From an uncultured delta proteobacterium (GTDB lineage Bacteria; Desulfobacterota; RBG-13-43-22): a stretch of 64,000 nucleotides of DNA. Shown one piece after another: positions 47,352 through 58,316 of the stretch. Numbering within the stretch: the stretch's first letter is position 1; each line of letters starts with the position of its first letter. Under the pieces are notes generated by a model. The model was given only the letters and a program-made list of their open reading frames with translations. It ran no database searches and had not been told where the DNA came from. The stretch covers positions 384,001-448,000 of the forward strand of contig CAWDKY010000015.1 of NCBI GenBank assembly GCA_963802945.1. The letters run 5' to 3'. The position numbers and the translations under genes are program-made.

Positions 47352-48056
47352 ATGAACGATAACAAGAAGAACAAAGAACAACTGATCCAGGAGTTGGAAG
47401 ATCTTCGCCGGAGGATTGCTGAACTCGAAAAAGCAGAAACCGATCGCAAGCAGGCCGATAAAAAGCTCAGCCAGACCCTGGAGAACCTTCGAAAAGCTTT
47501 GGGCGGCATCATTCAGGTCCTTTCGGGTACTAAGGATCCCTATACCGCCGGCCATCAGCGGCGGGTAGCTAATTTGGCCTGGACTATCGCCGGAGAGATG
47601 GGATTGTCCGATGATCGGCGGGAAGGGCTTCGCATAGCAGGGACTATTCATGATTTGGGCAAGGTCTCCGTCCCGACTGAAATTTTAAGCAAACCCACCA
47701 AGTTGACCATGATCGAATACAAAATAATCCAGGCCCATTCCCAGATAGGGTATGATATCCTTAAAGGGATAAATTTCCCCTGGCCCATCGCTGATATGGT
47801 CCTTCAACACCATGAACGGCTGAATGGTTCGGGGTATCCACGAGGACTCAAGGGAGAAGCAATCTCCCTGGAAGCCCGGATCCTTGTGGTGGCCGAAGTG
47901 GTCGAGGCCATGGCCTCCCACAGTCCCTATCGGCCCGCTTTGGGAGTTGATGCCGCTCTGGAGGAGATCGAGAAAAACAAAGGGATCCTCTATGACCCGG
48001 AGGTAGTGGAGGTGTGTCTGAAATTGTTCAAGGAGAAAGGATTCAGGTTTGAGTAA
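47352..48056 (+). CDS. HD-GYP domain protein
   Basis: DPYTAGHQRRV, HDLGK, HHERLNGSGYP. Confidence 0.9.
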   Translation: MNDNKKNKEQLIQELEDLRRRIAELEKAETDRKQADKKLSQTLENLRKALGGIIQVLSGTKDPYTAGHQRRVANLAWTIAGEMGLSDDRREGLRIAGTIHDLGKVSVPTEILSKPTKLTMIEYKIIQAHSQIGYDILKGINFPWPIADMVLQHHERLNGSGYPRGLKGEAISLEARILVVAEVVEAMASHSPYRPALGVDAALEEIEKNKGILYDPEVVEVCLKLFKEKGFRFE

Positions 48057-48065
48057 TTTTGGGTT

Positions 48066-48180
48066 GAGGTGATCCCCAAAAATTGGACAATGTGATGATA
48101 AGTTCTGAGTTAGCCTAAAGTAAGGACGGGGCTATATGCAAAAAAAGGAGCGATGACAGCTCAAGTTCAGGGCCGGGGCA
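48066..48180 (+). mobile_element. IS3-family left-end remnant
   Basis: TGAGGTGATCCCCAAAAATTGGACA resembles an IS3 IRL, followed by a decayed OrfA start. Confidence 0.5.
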
Positions 48181-48373
48181 GTCTAAACAATTCTCCCCTA
48201 TTTCCATCCGTAATTGTTTATTTTTGGAACGCCCTATTTTGAATAGTTGTAGAAACACATATTCAAGGAAGTGCCTTTGGGGTCGAGGATGTCAGCTTAA
48301 AAATGAACCGGGACTCCCTGCCCCTAATACCAATAACTTCTTTAAACCTTTGATCCTGAGAAACCCCGTCTCT

Positions 48374-50107
48374 TTATCCCTTCCCAGGTATTACCGGTAA
48401 TTCAATATAGGAGGCCTGCCCCGGTTGATGAAATATGGTCTGCATGGCCGGGATACCTGCCGCATCTTCTCCGAATGGATTACCGGTATTCATATTGCGA
48501 TCGAACCTGGGGAAATTGCTGCTGGTAATATCGATCCTGATTCGATGTCCTTTAGCAAAGACATTGCTGGTGGAGGCCAGATCGATCATATATTCATTGA
48601 TTTCTCCGGGGACAACCTGTTGAGGTTGAAGAATGGATTTTCGGTATCTGGCCCTTATGGCCCCTTCGGCCACATTGATGGCCAGCCCGTTGGGATACAC
48701 ATCCACCATCTTCACAAAAAAGTCCGTGTCCACTGCCGAGGTGGAGGCAAAGAGATGAATCTTTAGCGGACCGGTAACTTCCATCTCTTCCTTCAGCTCT
48801 GCTGTGCTGAAACACAACACATCGTTTCGTTTTTCAATAACGGATTGATCTTGGGGTCCCGCGGCTTGGTTTAAGTCCGGGTTAATTCTGCCGCCCCGGG
48901 TCGGCACGGGATCAAGAGGATTATACACATAAATATCCGGTGATTCACCTCCCAGTTCCTCCCTGCTTAACACCCCGTCACCTCCGGAGGTGTTGGCATG
49001 ACCACGGCTGTGGAGATAAAAACGCTGCCACTGGGTTTCTGGCAAGGGCCAGTTGTCGGCATTTTTCCATCTATTCCTGCCCATAACAAAGTAACGGATG
49101 GGAACAAGATATTTGCTTTCAATGCCTCTCAGGTATTTATCAAAAAAGGCCAGATGCCTACTGATCATGAACGCCCCTGCACCGGAGCCATAAGCACCGA
49201 AGTTGAGGGCCCCGATAAAATTGTGGAGCCTCGATCCATGGACCCAGGGACCCATGATGATGTGCTGCCCTTGCCGGGACATGGGAGAGCCGCCCTTTTC
49301 TTTCATTTTGAAAAAATTAAGGAAGATGTGGGCCACGCTCATATCGTACCAGCCTGCAGACTGCAAACAGGGAACCTGTATTTTGTCGTAGGCCCAGAGG
49401 AGTTCCTCTTCGGTTTTTTTCCCTTTCAGATTCTCATCACTAAAACGCCGCATGAATCCTTCCTGCAGCCCTTCAAACTTGAAATAGGGGATATCTTTTA
49501 GGGGCAAAAAGTTGCAGACCTCTTCAAAATGGGTCATAGCATAGTGTACCTGGTCCGACATGCCGGAGACATCTTTCCCCTGTTTGGCCATCTTTTCGAT
49601 CATATCCAGGGCCATGGTGGCGAACCAGCTTATGCCTGTTTCCAACTCTTTGACCCCACTCATTCCGGATTCACTCATATATCCCGCCCCGATGACATGC
49701 GGTGCAATGGCCTTCAGATGAGGAGGGGCTTCCAAGGCGGCGTCCCACTGATTACGCCCCAGGTAAGAGGCCCCGACCATCCCGACATGGCCGTCACACC
49801 ATGATTCAGCGGCAATGTTTTCAACAGTGTCGTATCCGTCCTGCCCTTCTGACCTCCCGACAGAGAATTCACCCTCTGAAGCAAACCGGCCCCGTGTGTC
49901 CTGGATAACCACAGCGTATCCGGCAAAGGCGGCATCTATGGGGGACAAAAAATCACTGGTGCCTGACCGTGTTTTATTATAGGGGGTTCGTACGATTATC
50001 GCCGGGTGTTTCTCCTTGTCGTCGGGCCGGAAAACATCCGCCCGTAAAGTCACACCGTCCCGCATCTTCATGGGAATATCTCGGTCAACACGTATGGAAT
50101 TATTCAT
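48374..50107 (-). CDS. CocE/NonD-family hydrolase
   Basis: MRDGVTLRAD, RTPY, QDTRGRFASEG, GASYLG, GWYD, GPWVH, SSNFPRFDRN. Confidence 0.93.
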   Translation of the reverse strand: MNNSIRVDRDIPMKMRDGVTLRADVFRPDDKEKHPAIIVRTPYNKTRSGTSDFLSPIDAAFAGYAVVIQDTRGRFASEGEFSVGRSEGQDGYDTVENIAAESWCDGHVGMVGASYLGRNQWDAALEAPPHLKAIAPHVIGAGYMSESGMSGVKELETGISWFATMALDMIEKMAKQGKDVSGMSDQVHYAMTHFEEVCNFLPLKDIPYFKFEGLQEGFMRRFSDENLKGKKTEEELLWAYDKIQVPCLQSAGWYDMSVAHIFLNFFKMKEKGGSPMSRQGQHIIMGPWVHGSRLHNFIGALNFGAYGSGAGAFMISRHLAFFDKYLRGIESKYLVPIRYFVMGRNRWKNADNWPLPETQWQRFYLHSRGHANTSGGDGVLSREELGGESPDIYVYNPLDPVPTRGGRINPDLNQAAGPQDQSVIEKRNDVLCFSTAELKEEMEVTGPLKIHLFASTSAVDTDFFVKMVDVYPNGLAINVAEGAIRARYRKSILQPQQVVPGEINEYMIDLASTSNVFAKGHRIRIDITSSNFPRFDRNMNTGNPFGEDAAGIPAMQTIFHQPGQASYIELPVIPGKG

Positions 50108-50177
50108 CTGTTCCTCCTTTGGCTGAGGGGGAAAATCATTTACATATTTTTTCATCCGCCTCACATGTTCATGAACA

Positions 50178-52661
50178 TTAATTCAAATCGGCTAAAGACT
50201 TCACCACCATCAAACCCTGGATCACCTCGTCCGGCAGATTGAAAATTGATTTCAAAACTAATTCCGGACGGATTTCTCCTTCCGGACCAGGCTCCAGGGT
50301 CCAGGTTGCCATTAATGTACCGTTGTTTTCAGGCAGCAGGGTCATTGTCCTGATCACATTTTTCAGGTTAAAGGGCTCCGATTTTTTATTGAATCTTTTC
50401 ACTGGCCAGTAGGTGGAAGATAAAAATTCTTTAACCTTTTCTTCATCCGCTAGCGATTTATCCAGTTCCACCTGATATTGATAAACCTGTTTTTGAGGCA
50501 GGGGGCTATTCAGGGGGACCTCGGCCATTTCCAAGATTCGTGTCCCTGGAAAGAGTTCTTCCGGCAGTCGGTTTTTAATAGATTCGACCTTTGGCCGATT
50601 CAGCAATTGAATATCAATAAATTCCCCCAGACTGCTTATCCCCACCGGCAGGGCCGGCCCGAAGGACAGGCGGGGCATGGGATGAAATCCCTGAGAAAAG
50701 GCCAAAGACAGCTCGGCTCGACGTAAAGCGCGGATGATGGCCTCTTTCCATTCCAAATGACCCAGAAAGCGGGACGGTCCGGTTTTGGTGATGAGGAAGC
50801 GGAACTTTTTTATGGATTCCTGGGGATAAAGCACTGACGGACGGCCTGCAGGAATGGTGAATTCTTTAAAAAGCAGAGGCTTGACCTTCAAGGAAGAGCA
50901 GACTCCGCACTGGTTGCATTCCCCCTGCCGGCAATCAGAGGTGGATTCACCAATCATGCCTTTTTGATATTCATTCCAGAGATAGTTTTTCTCCACGCCG
51001 GTACGAATAAAATCCCAAGGCAGGAAATCCTCCTGATTCCGGGCTTGGAGATAACTTTGAAGATCCACCCCTTCTTCTTCAAAGGCCTGCTGCCAGATTG
51101 GCCAGGAAAAATATTCTCCCCAGCCGTCTAAAAAACTTCCTTTTTGAAAGGCCCGGTAAATAACCCGGCTTAAGCGTTGATCTCCCCGCGACAAAACACC
51201 TTCCAAAAAACTCTGCCGGGTATCGTTCCATTTGACCTGGATGTGCTTACTTTTCAAGGCCGAGCGAATAAAGTTCAAGCGAGAAAGACTTTCTTCCATA
51301 GAAAGCTGCCCGGCCCATTGAAAAGGGGTATGGGGCTTGGGAATAAAAGTGGAAAGGGCCACATGAATATCGATCCGCCCCTTTTTCCCCCGGACGGTCC
51401 TCTCAATCTTTTTGACCAGCAGGACCAACCCTTCCAAGTCTTCCTGCGTTTCGGAAGGCAGACCGATCATAAAGTATAATTTCAGCACCCTCCAGCCCAA
51501 ATTAAAAACCATTTGGGCGGTTTGGAGGATTTCCTCTTCAGTAATGTTTTTATTGATTATGTCCCGCAACCGCTGAGTGCCGGCTTCCGGGGCAATGGTA
51601 AAGCCGGTCTTACGGACCCGTAAAATCTGTTCGATGACCTCGGAGTTTAAGGTATCCACCCGGAGAGAGGGCAAAGAAACGGCTACCTTTTCTCTTTCCC
51701 AGCGTTCCATCAAGGCCGGCAGCAGCCGGTTTAAACAGGTATAATCGCCGCTGCTAAGAGAGAGCAAAGTAGCCTCAGAATATCCGGTCCGGCTTAAGCC
51801 CTCTTCAAGCAATTGATAGACCCGTTCCGGAGACCTCTCACGGACAGGACGATAGATAATACCGGCCTGACAAAATCGGCAGCCTCGGCTGCAGCCCCGG
51901 GTGATCTCCACACTTAGACGGTCATGGATGATTTGTTGAAAGGGTAGTGGGGAAATGGCCGGATATTCTGCCTGATTCAGATCAGGGATGATGCGTTTTT
52001 GAATGACCACGGGTTTCCCGTTCTCTTTTCTTTTTCTTGAGGCCAGTATCGGGACATAAACCCCGGGCAGGTCAGCCAGGGAAACCAGCAAGGCCTTCCT
52101 GTCTCCCTCTGCCTTCTTCCAGTTCAACCAGGCCGTGCAAATTTCCTGAATAACCTCTTCTCCCTCACCGATCACCAGGGCATCAAAAAATCCGGACATG
52201 GGTTCCGGATTGAAGGTGCAGGGGCCGCCGGCAATCACCACGGGATCTCCATCCTTTCGTTCAACAGCCCAGATGGGAATCCCGCCCAAAGAAAGCATAT
52301 TCAAGGCATTGGTATAACCCAATTCATAGGGCAGGCTGAAGCCGACTAAGTCGAATGCTTTAAGGGCCCGGCCCGATTCCAATGAAGGCAGAAGAAGGGA
52401 TTGTTCCTTCAACACCTGAGCCATGTCCGGGGCCGGAGTAAAGACCCTCTCGGCCCAGACTCCGGGCAGTTGATTTAAAATGTGATACAGGATTTTCATC
52501 CCCAGGTAAGACATGCCGACTTCGTACAGATCAGGAAAGGCCAGGGCAAAACGAAGGTCCACTTTTTCGGGTTCTTTAATAATTGAAAAAAGTTCTTCCC
52601 CCAAATAACGACTGGGCCGGCGGACCCGGCCCAGATATTTTTCCAATAATGGGTTCATCAT
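50178..52661 (-). CDS. TIGR03960-type radical SAM protein fused to DUF2344 domain
   Basis: FPDLYEVGMS, RGCSRGCRFCQAG, APEAG, SQGFHPMPRLSFGPAL. Confidence 0.92.
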   Translation of the reverse strand: MMNPLLEKYLGRVRRPSRYLGEELFSIIKEPEKVDLRFALAFPDLYEVGMSYLGMKILYHILNQLPGVWAERVFTPAPDMAQVLKEQSLLLPSLESGRALKAFDLVGFSLPYELGYTNALNMLSLGGIPIWAVERKDGDPVVIAGGPCTFNPEPMSGFFDALVIGEGEEVIQEICTAWLNWKKAEGDRKALLVSLADLPGVYVPILASRKRKENGKPVVIQKRIIPDLNQAEYPAISPLPFQQIIHDRLSVEITRGCSRGCRFCQAGIIYRPVRERSPERVYQLLEEGLSRTGYSEATLLSLSSGDYTCLNRLLPALMERWEREKVAVSLPSLRVDTLNSEVIEQILRVRKTGFTIAPEAGTQRLRDIINKNITEEEILQTAQMVFNLGWRVLKLYFMIGLPSETQEDLEGLVLLVKKIERTVRGKKGRIDIHVALSTFIPKPHTPFQWAGQLSMEESLSRLNFIRSALKSKHIQVKWNDTRQSFLEGVLSRGDQRLSRVIYRAFQKGSFLDGWGEYFSWPIWQQAFEEEGVDLQSYLQARNQEDFLPWDFIRTGVEKNYLWNEYQKGMIGESTSDCRQGECNQCGVCSSLKVKPLLFKEFTIPAGRPSVLYPQESIKKFRFLITKTGPSRFLGHLEWKEAIIRALRRAELSLAFSQGFHPMPRLSFGPALPVGISSLGEFIDIQLLNRPKVESIKNRLPEELFPGTRILEMAEVPLNSPLPQKQVYQYQVELDKSLADEEKVKEFLSSTYWPVKRFNKKSEPFNLKNVIRTMTLLPENNGTLMATWTLEPGPEGEIRPELVLKSIFNLPDEVIQGLMVVKSLADLN

Positions 52662-52786
52662 TAACCTTAAAAAATAATGGAATCCAGAAGACAGAATTCA
52701 GAAGGGAATTTAATCGCAAAAAAGATATACAGTTTTATTCTGTATTCTGAATTCTAACTTCTGGATTCTAAAAATTACCAAAAAAA

Positions 52787-54373
52787 TTATTTCATCAACC
52801 CGTTCAAATCCTGTTCGGTATTTTTCAGGAAAGTTTTAATCTCCTGGATCTTTTCCTTCTGGGGGACGTTCACTCCTCTCATATAAGCCTTGATGGACTG
52901 CAAACGGCCTTCCAGAGAGGCAATCAGAGCCGGGATCTCTACAGCCTCAGGTATCGGCTCGGCAATCCTTGCCTGGGGTGGGATCAGGGAAATAGTTTCC
53001 TTCCACTCCGGGACCTTAACCTGAAAAGGATAGGAATTTTGGATGGCCTGGGCAAAGGCCAGGCTGGTCGATTCCTCGCCATGAATAACAAAGACCTTTA
53101 AGTTCGGATTTTTGAAATGACCAAGCCAAGCCAACAATTCTTTTTGATCGGCATGGGCTGAAAAACCGTTGATGGTGTGCACCTTGGCCTTGACCACCAC
53201 GTCTTCCTGAAAGATGCGGACCTTCCTTGCACCGTCAACGATGGCCCGCCCCAAGGTTCCCTCGGCCTGGAAACCGGTGAAGATTATCTGGGCCCCGGGC
53301 CGCCACAGATTGTGTTTCAGATGATGCTTGATCCTTCCGGCATTACACATGCCGCTGGCAGCGATGATAATAGCCGGGCCTTTTTGTTGATTGATGGCCA
53401 TGGATTCCTCAGCGGTCCTAGTATATTTCAACTCCGGCAGCTCTAGGGGGTTTTCCCCCTGGCTGACGAGTCGGGTCATCTCCTCATCAAAATATTCCGG
53501 GAATTTTTTAAAGATTTCCGTTGCCGCGATGGCCAGAGGGCTGTCTACGAAAATGGGAATGGAAGACATCTGTCCCTTTTTTCGAAATTCATGGAGCATA
53601 TAAAGAATTTCCTGAGTGCGCTCTACGGCAAAGGCCGGGATGATAATCTTCTCCCCATTTTTAATCCCTTCCAGGATGGCTGAAAGAAGTTCGGCTTTAC
53701 TTTCTTCCAAAGACTTGTGCTCCCGGTTGCCGTAGGTGGATTCCACGAATAAAAAATCGGCCTCCTCAATGATATCCGGATCAGGAACGATCAAGGCATC
53801 CTGTCGTCCAATATCCCCGGAAAAAATCACCTTGCCCTTCTGCCCTGGTTCCTGAAAACGGATGTCCAAAAAGGAAGCCCCCAGGATATGTCCGGCAGGA
53901 TGAAAACAGATTTCAATGTCAGGGTTGAGCAGCAGACACTCTTCCGGATCGACAGGCTGAAAAAAATTCAGACTGCGTTCCGCATCTTTGATCGTGTACA
54001 AGGGCTCCACCGGTTCCCGGCCGGAACGGATATTCTTCCGGTTTTGCCATTCAGATTCCATTTCCTGGATATGGGCGCTGTCCCGAAGCATGATTCGGCA
54101 GAGTTCAAAGGTGGCCTGGGTGCAGATGATCCTCCCTGTAAACCCTTCCTTAACTATTTTGGGGATCAGCCCGGAATGATCCATATGGGCATGAGTCAGC
54201 AAGATGTTTTTTATCTCCTGGGGTCGATAGGTTTCAGGGGAAAAGTTTCTTTTTTCAATGTCTTTTCCCCCCTGAAACATGCCGCAATCGACCAGGAACC
54301 GCGTGTCGGCCTGTTCCAGAAGAAAGCAGGAACCGGTAACTGTTCTCGTGGCGCCTAAACAGGTTACTTGCAT
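52787..54373 (-). CDS. Beta-CASP MBL-fold ribonuclease
   Basis: VTGSC, THAHMDHSG, AGHILG, FSGD, ESTYG, FSAHAD. Confidence 0.93.
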   Translation of the reverse strand: MQVTCLGATRTVTGSCFLLEQADTRFLVDCGMFQGGKDIEKRNFSPETYRPQEIKNILLTHAHMDHSGLIPKIVKEGFTGRIICTQATFELCRIMLRDSAHIQEMESEWQNRKNIRSGREPVEPLYTIKDAERSLNFFQPVDPEECLLLNPDIEICFHPAGHILGASFLDIRFQEPGQKGKVIFSGDIGRQDALIVPDPDIIEEADFLFVESTYGNREHKSLEESKAELLSAILEGIKNGEKIIIPAFAVERTQEILYMLHEFRKKGQMSSIPIFVDSPLAIAATEIFKKFPEYFDEEMTRLVSQGENPLELPELKYTRTAEESMAINQQKGPAIIIAASGMCNAGRIKHHLKHNLWRPGAQIIFTGFQAEGTLGRAIVDGARKVRIFQEDVVVKAKVHTINGFSAHADQKELLAWLGHFKNPNLKVFVIHGEESTSLAFAQAIQNSYPFQVKVPEWKETISLIPPQARIAEPIPEAVEIPALIASLEGRLQSIKAYMRGVNVPQKEKIQEIKTFLKNTEQDLNGLMK

Positions 54374-54596
54374 AATGAATTAACCTTTCTGAATGGTTGA
54401 AAAAAGGGTTCATGGATTCGAGGATTTAAAGGAGTTATTGGTAAAAGAGGGATGAAATACGATTTTCTCTTAAACCTTGAACGCTGAACCTTGAACCCTT
54501 TAATAACATCTATTGACAGTCTGAACTAAATAATATAATCAGATGGGTAAGAAATTCAATGAAAAAGTAAACTTTTTCGAAGCGGGGATTACGAAA

Positions 54597-55274
54597 ATGG
54601 CTAACGATATAAAACCAGAACTTCAGGAACATCAATACCTCATTGATGACCTGACTATCAAAGACTCATGGCGGATGTTCCGAATTTTGGGAGAATTTGT
54701 AGACGGCTTTGAAACCTTGTCTCAAATTTATCCTGCGGTCTCTATTTTCGGCTCGGCTCGGGCCAAACCCGGCGAGACTATCTACGAACAGGCGGTGGAG
54801 ATAGCCGGGCTTTTAGTCAAGGACGGATTCAATGTCATCTCCGGTGGCGGGCCAGGAATCATGGAAGCGGCCAACAAAGGAGCGGCCGAGGCGGGGGGTA
54901 AGTCGATCGGCTTGAACATCCAACTTCCTTATGAGCAAAAGCCCAATCCCTATGCCAATATTCGAATGAATTTCCGCTATTTCTTCGTCCGCAAGGTTAT
55001 GTTTGTTAAATATGCTGTGGCCTATGTCATCCTTCCCGGCGGGTTCGGGACCCTTGATGAATTCTCTGAGGCCATTACCCTTATTCAAACCCACCGTATC
55101 AAACCCTTTCCGGTAATTTTAGTGAACCGGGATTATTGGAAGGGGTTGCTGGACTGGATGCGTAAGGTGGTCTGCTCAGAAGGCAAGATCTCTCCCGATG
55201 ACATGGACATCATCCAGGTCATCGATGAACCGGAAGAAGTTGTCCGGGCTATCAAAAAGATTATTATTATTTAG
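54597..55274 (+). CDS. LOG-family protein (TIGR00730)
   Basis: SGGGPGIMEAAN, YFFVRKVMF, PGGFGTLDE. Confidence 0.93.
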   Translation: MANDIKPELQEHQYLIDDLTIKDSWRMFRILGEFVDGFETLSQIYPAVSIFGSARAKPGETIYEQAVEIAGLLVKDGFNVISGGGPGIMEAANKGAAEAGGKSIGLNIQLPYEQKPNPYANIRMNFRYFFVRKVMFVKYAVAYVILPGGFGTLDEFSEAITLIQTHRIKPFPVILVNRDYWKGLLDWMRKVVCSEGKISPDDMDIIQVIDEPEEVVRAIKKIIII

Positions 55275-55425
55275 TCCTCATCCGGAAAAGATGAAAGGGG
55301 ATGAGTACGGTCAGACATCAACTTTCAACTATCAGAAAAGACCTTTAACCATAAGGGGTTGACTGAATGCTGATCGCTGACTGGTAATGTAGTGTTCCAA
55401 TAAAAAGTTTACAATATTCATTAAA

Positions 55426-55514
55426 TGCCATTCCTGCGAAAGCAGGAATCCAGGTTAAATAGGCTGGATTCCGGATCGGGCCTGCCCCGTACCTGATACG
55501 GGGTCCGGAATGAC
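55426..55514. repeat. Palindromic element, same family as 34513-34594
   Basis: CATTCCTGCGAAAGCAGGAATCCAG...CTGGATTCCGGATC...TCCGGAATGAC. Confidence 0.75.
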
Positions 55515-55558
55515 AACCTTGTCAAGCGAATACTATTACACTTCAATTCTAATTTTCT

Positions 55559-57060
55559 CTACATTACAATATCCCGTTTAATAATCTTGCCTGAAGGCGT
55601 TTTAGGAAATTCATGGACAAACTGGATGATGCGGGGATATTTGTAGGGAGCGACCTGGGCCTTAACATATTGCTTCAATTCTTCCGCAGTGGTTTCCATT
55701 CCCGGACGGAGAACTACTGCAGCCGCCACCTCTTCTCCTAAATCGGAAGAAGGGATTCCGATAACCGCCGCTTCCAGGACCGCCGGGTGGGTATATAAAA
55801 CTTCCTCAATCTCCCGGGGATAAATATTATACCCCCCTCGGATGATCAAATCCTTCTTGCGGTCGACGATATAAATATAACCGTCCTCATCCCTACGGGC
55901 CAGGTCACCGGTATGCAAAAAACCACCTCGCAAGGCCTCGGCCGTGGCTTCCGGATTATTCAGATATCCCTTCATCATAGCCGCCCCGGAGACAATCAAC
56001 TCGCCGATCTCTCCAGAAGGGACATCCCGGTCTTGTTCATCCACAATACGTACTTGAAAACCCGGAATCGGCAGACCGATCGAACCGGGACGTGTCGGCC
56101 GGCCAAAGGGATTTTCCACACAGGTTGGAGAGAATTCCGTTAGCCCATAGCTTTCATAGATGGTTGTCTTGAAGCTCTTTTCAAATCGGTGCAGGATTTC
56201 CACCGGAAGGGAAGCCCCTCCGGAAATACAGAAACGCAGGCTGGACCTTTTCGGCGGATGACTTGAAGCCAATTCCGCCAGTCGAATGACCATGGTGGGG
56301 ACGGCATAAAGGAGAGTGCTTTTTTCTTCTTCAATGGCCTTAAGAACCTCTTCGGCATCAAAGACAGACCACATCCTGATGGTCAATCCGAGGAGAATGG
56401 ATATGTTTAAGGCATGAGTCTGGCCGTAGATATGAAAAAGGGGGAGCACACTCAAGGACTATATCTTCCGCTTCAGTTTGACGCACCTGGGCTACGGCCC
56501 TGGCATCCGTCATGAGACTTTGATGGGTCAAGACCGCCCCTTTGGGTTTCCCGGTCGTGCCGCTGGTATAGATCACGGCCAAGGGATCTTGGCCGTCGGT
56601 CGGGTGGGTTTCCATATCGACTTCCTGGTCGAACAAATCGGTTAAGGGAAAAAATCCGGGAGGCAGATCCCGTCCATCGGCGATACGCAGGTCGATTTGA
56701 GGACAGGAGGTCATGGCCGATAAGGCCTCAGGCAAATAGTCGCTGTGGCCGATGAAGGCCCGAGCGCCGGAATCGGTGAATATATATTCCAGTTCCCTTT
56801 GGCGAAAGAGAAAATTGACCGGCACAGCCACGGCCCCCAGTTTGGCCAGGGCATAATAAACCAGGGCCCAATTCAGGGAACTGGGCATCATCAATACGCA
56901 GAAATCACCGGCCTTAAGGCCTAAACGGGCCAAGCCCCCGGGCCAATCGATTCACGTCACGGTTCATTTCTCCGTAAGTGACAATGCTTTTTTCAAATCG
57001 GATGGCCGGATGGTCCGGGATCCGTTTGGCAGTATCGGTCAAAAAGTCTGCTAAATTCAT
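55559..57060 (-). pseudogene. Long-chain fatty-acid-CoA ligase split by 2 frameshifts
   Basis: MNLADFL start at 57060; YTSGTTGKPKG; YGLTE; TGDLA; VDRKKDLIIRGG; PKTPSGKI. Confidence 0.85.
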
Positions 57061-57269
57061 TTTTGAGGGGCCTCTTTAACTGTTTCAAGCCAAGGATTTC
57101 CTCTCTGAGGAATCGATTCTCTTTTTTCAATTCTTCTCTAGAGGGTTCTTTTTTCATGGTTCGGACTTTCCCTGGCAGGTTCTCTACCAAGTATAGTGAG
57201 GGTTATTCTGTTCTGTCAAAGCAATTCTGTCCCCCTTCGATGTTCTTGTGATTTTCAAACAGTTGGGTT

Positions 57270-58184
57270 ATGTTAAAGGTCGTGGATATAAATGAAAAAT
57301 ACCCAGCCCCGGTAAGACAGGCTTCAACGGTGGTTCTTGTCCGGGAGTATGATCGGGAACTCCAAGTCTACCTGCTTCGACGCAGCACGGAGAGCGGGTT
57401 TTTCCCGGGAAGTTATGTCTTTCCCGGGGGTGCTCTGAACCCGGATGAGCGGGATGCGACCTTCTGGCAAGAGCATATTGATTTACCGCCTGAAGACCTC
57501 CTGAAAACCTTTGGTGCTGGGTTGGATATCAAAGGAATCATCGCTTACGGGGTAGCGGCTATACGGGAGACTTTTGAAGAAGCTGGGATTTTTCTGGCAC
57601 AAAAAAAGAACCATGGGAACGGTTCTTTTAGAAGAACCAATGAGCGACCTTCCACTGAAGAGCTCGATGAAGGATGGTTTCGCAGGAGGGTATCGGATGA
57701 AGACTGGATGCTTTCCTTTTCAAATCTTTTCCCATGGTCCCATTGGATTACACCGGAGGTCATGCCCAAACGATTTGATACCCGTTTTTTTGTAGCCTTT
57801 ATGCCGGAAGACCAGGAATGTATTCCGGATGATCGGGAAACCGTTCATGGGCTCTGGGTCAGCCCGGGGAAGGGCCTTCAAAGGAATTTGCATGGGGAGA
57901 TACCCCTTAGTCCCCCGACCTTGGTCACCCTTCACGAGCTGTTGAAATTTGGAACAATGGACAGTCTCAGTAAGGCGACTCGATCCCGATCCTGGGGAGA
58001 CCCGATCCAGCCGATTAATATAAAACTGGATGAAGGGGCCGTCATTGTGGAACCCTGGGACCCTTATTATGGGAAACCGATTGAAATCGATCCCGACGGT
58101 TTAGCGGGGAAGGTTATCCCTGCGGGAGAAGCCTTTTCCCGTCTCTGGTTGAATCAGGGAATCTGGCGACCAGTGAGGATCTGA
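57270..58184 (+). CDS. NUDIX hydrolase (Nudt19-like)
   Basis: YVFPGG, AAIRETFEEAG, WITP...KRFDTRFF. Confidence 0.88.
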   Translation: MLKVVDINEKYPAPVRQASTVVLVREYDRELQVYLLRRSTESGFFPGSYVFPGGALNPDERDATFWQEHIDLPPEDLLKTFGAGLDIKGIIAYGVAAIRETFEEAGIFLAQKKNHGNGSFRRTNERPSTEELDEGWFRRRVSDEDWMLSFSNLFPWSHWITPEVMPKRFDTRFFVAFMPEDQECIPDDRETVHGLWVSPGKGLQRNLHGEIPLSPPTLVTLHELLKFGTMDSLSKATRSRSWGDPIQPINIKLDEGAVIVEPWDPYYGKPIEIDPDGLAGKVIPAGEAFSRLWLNQGIWRPVRI

Positions 58185-58316
58185 AAAATGAAACATAGGT
58201 CAATTATACAACTTGAAACTTGTTTCTTCCAGGAGCGATAAAAATGATAAGCTTCAAGGAAGGTTTTGTGTTAATGTGGAAAGTTACATTAATTGCAGCC
58301 TAGGGGAAAATATCAA

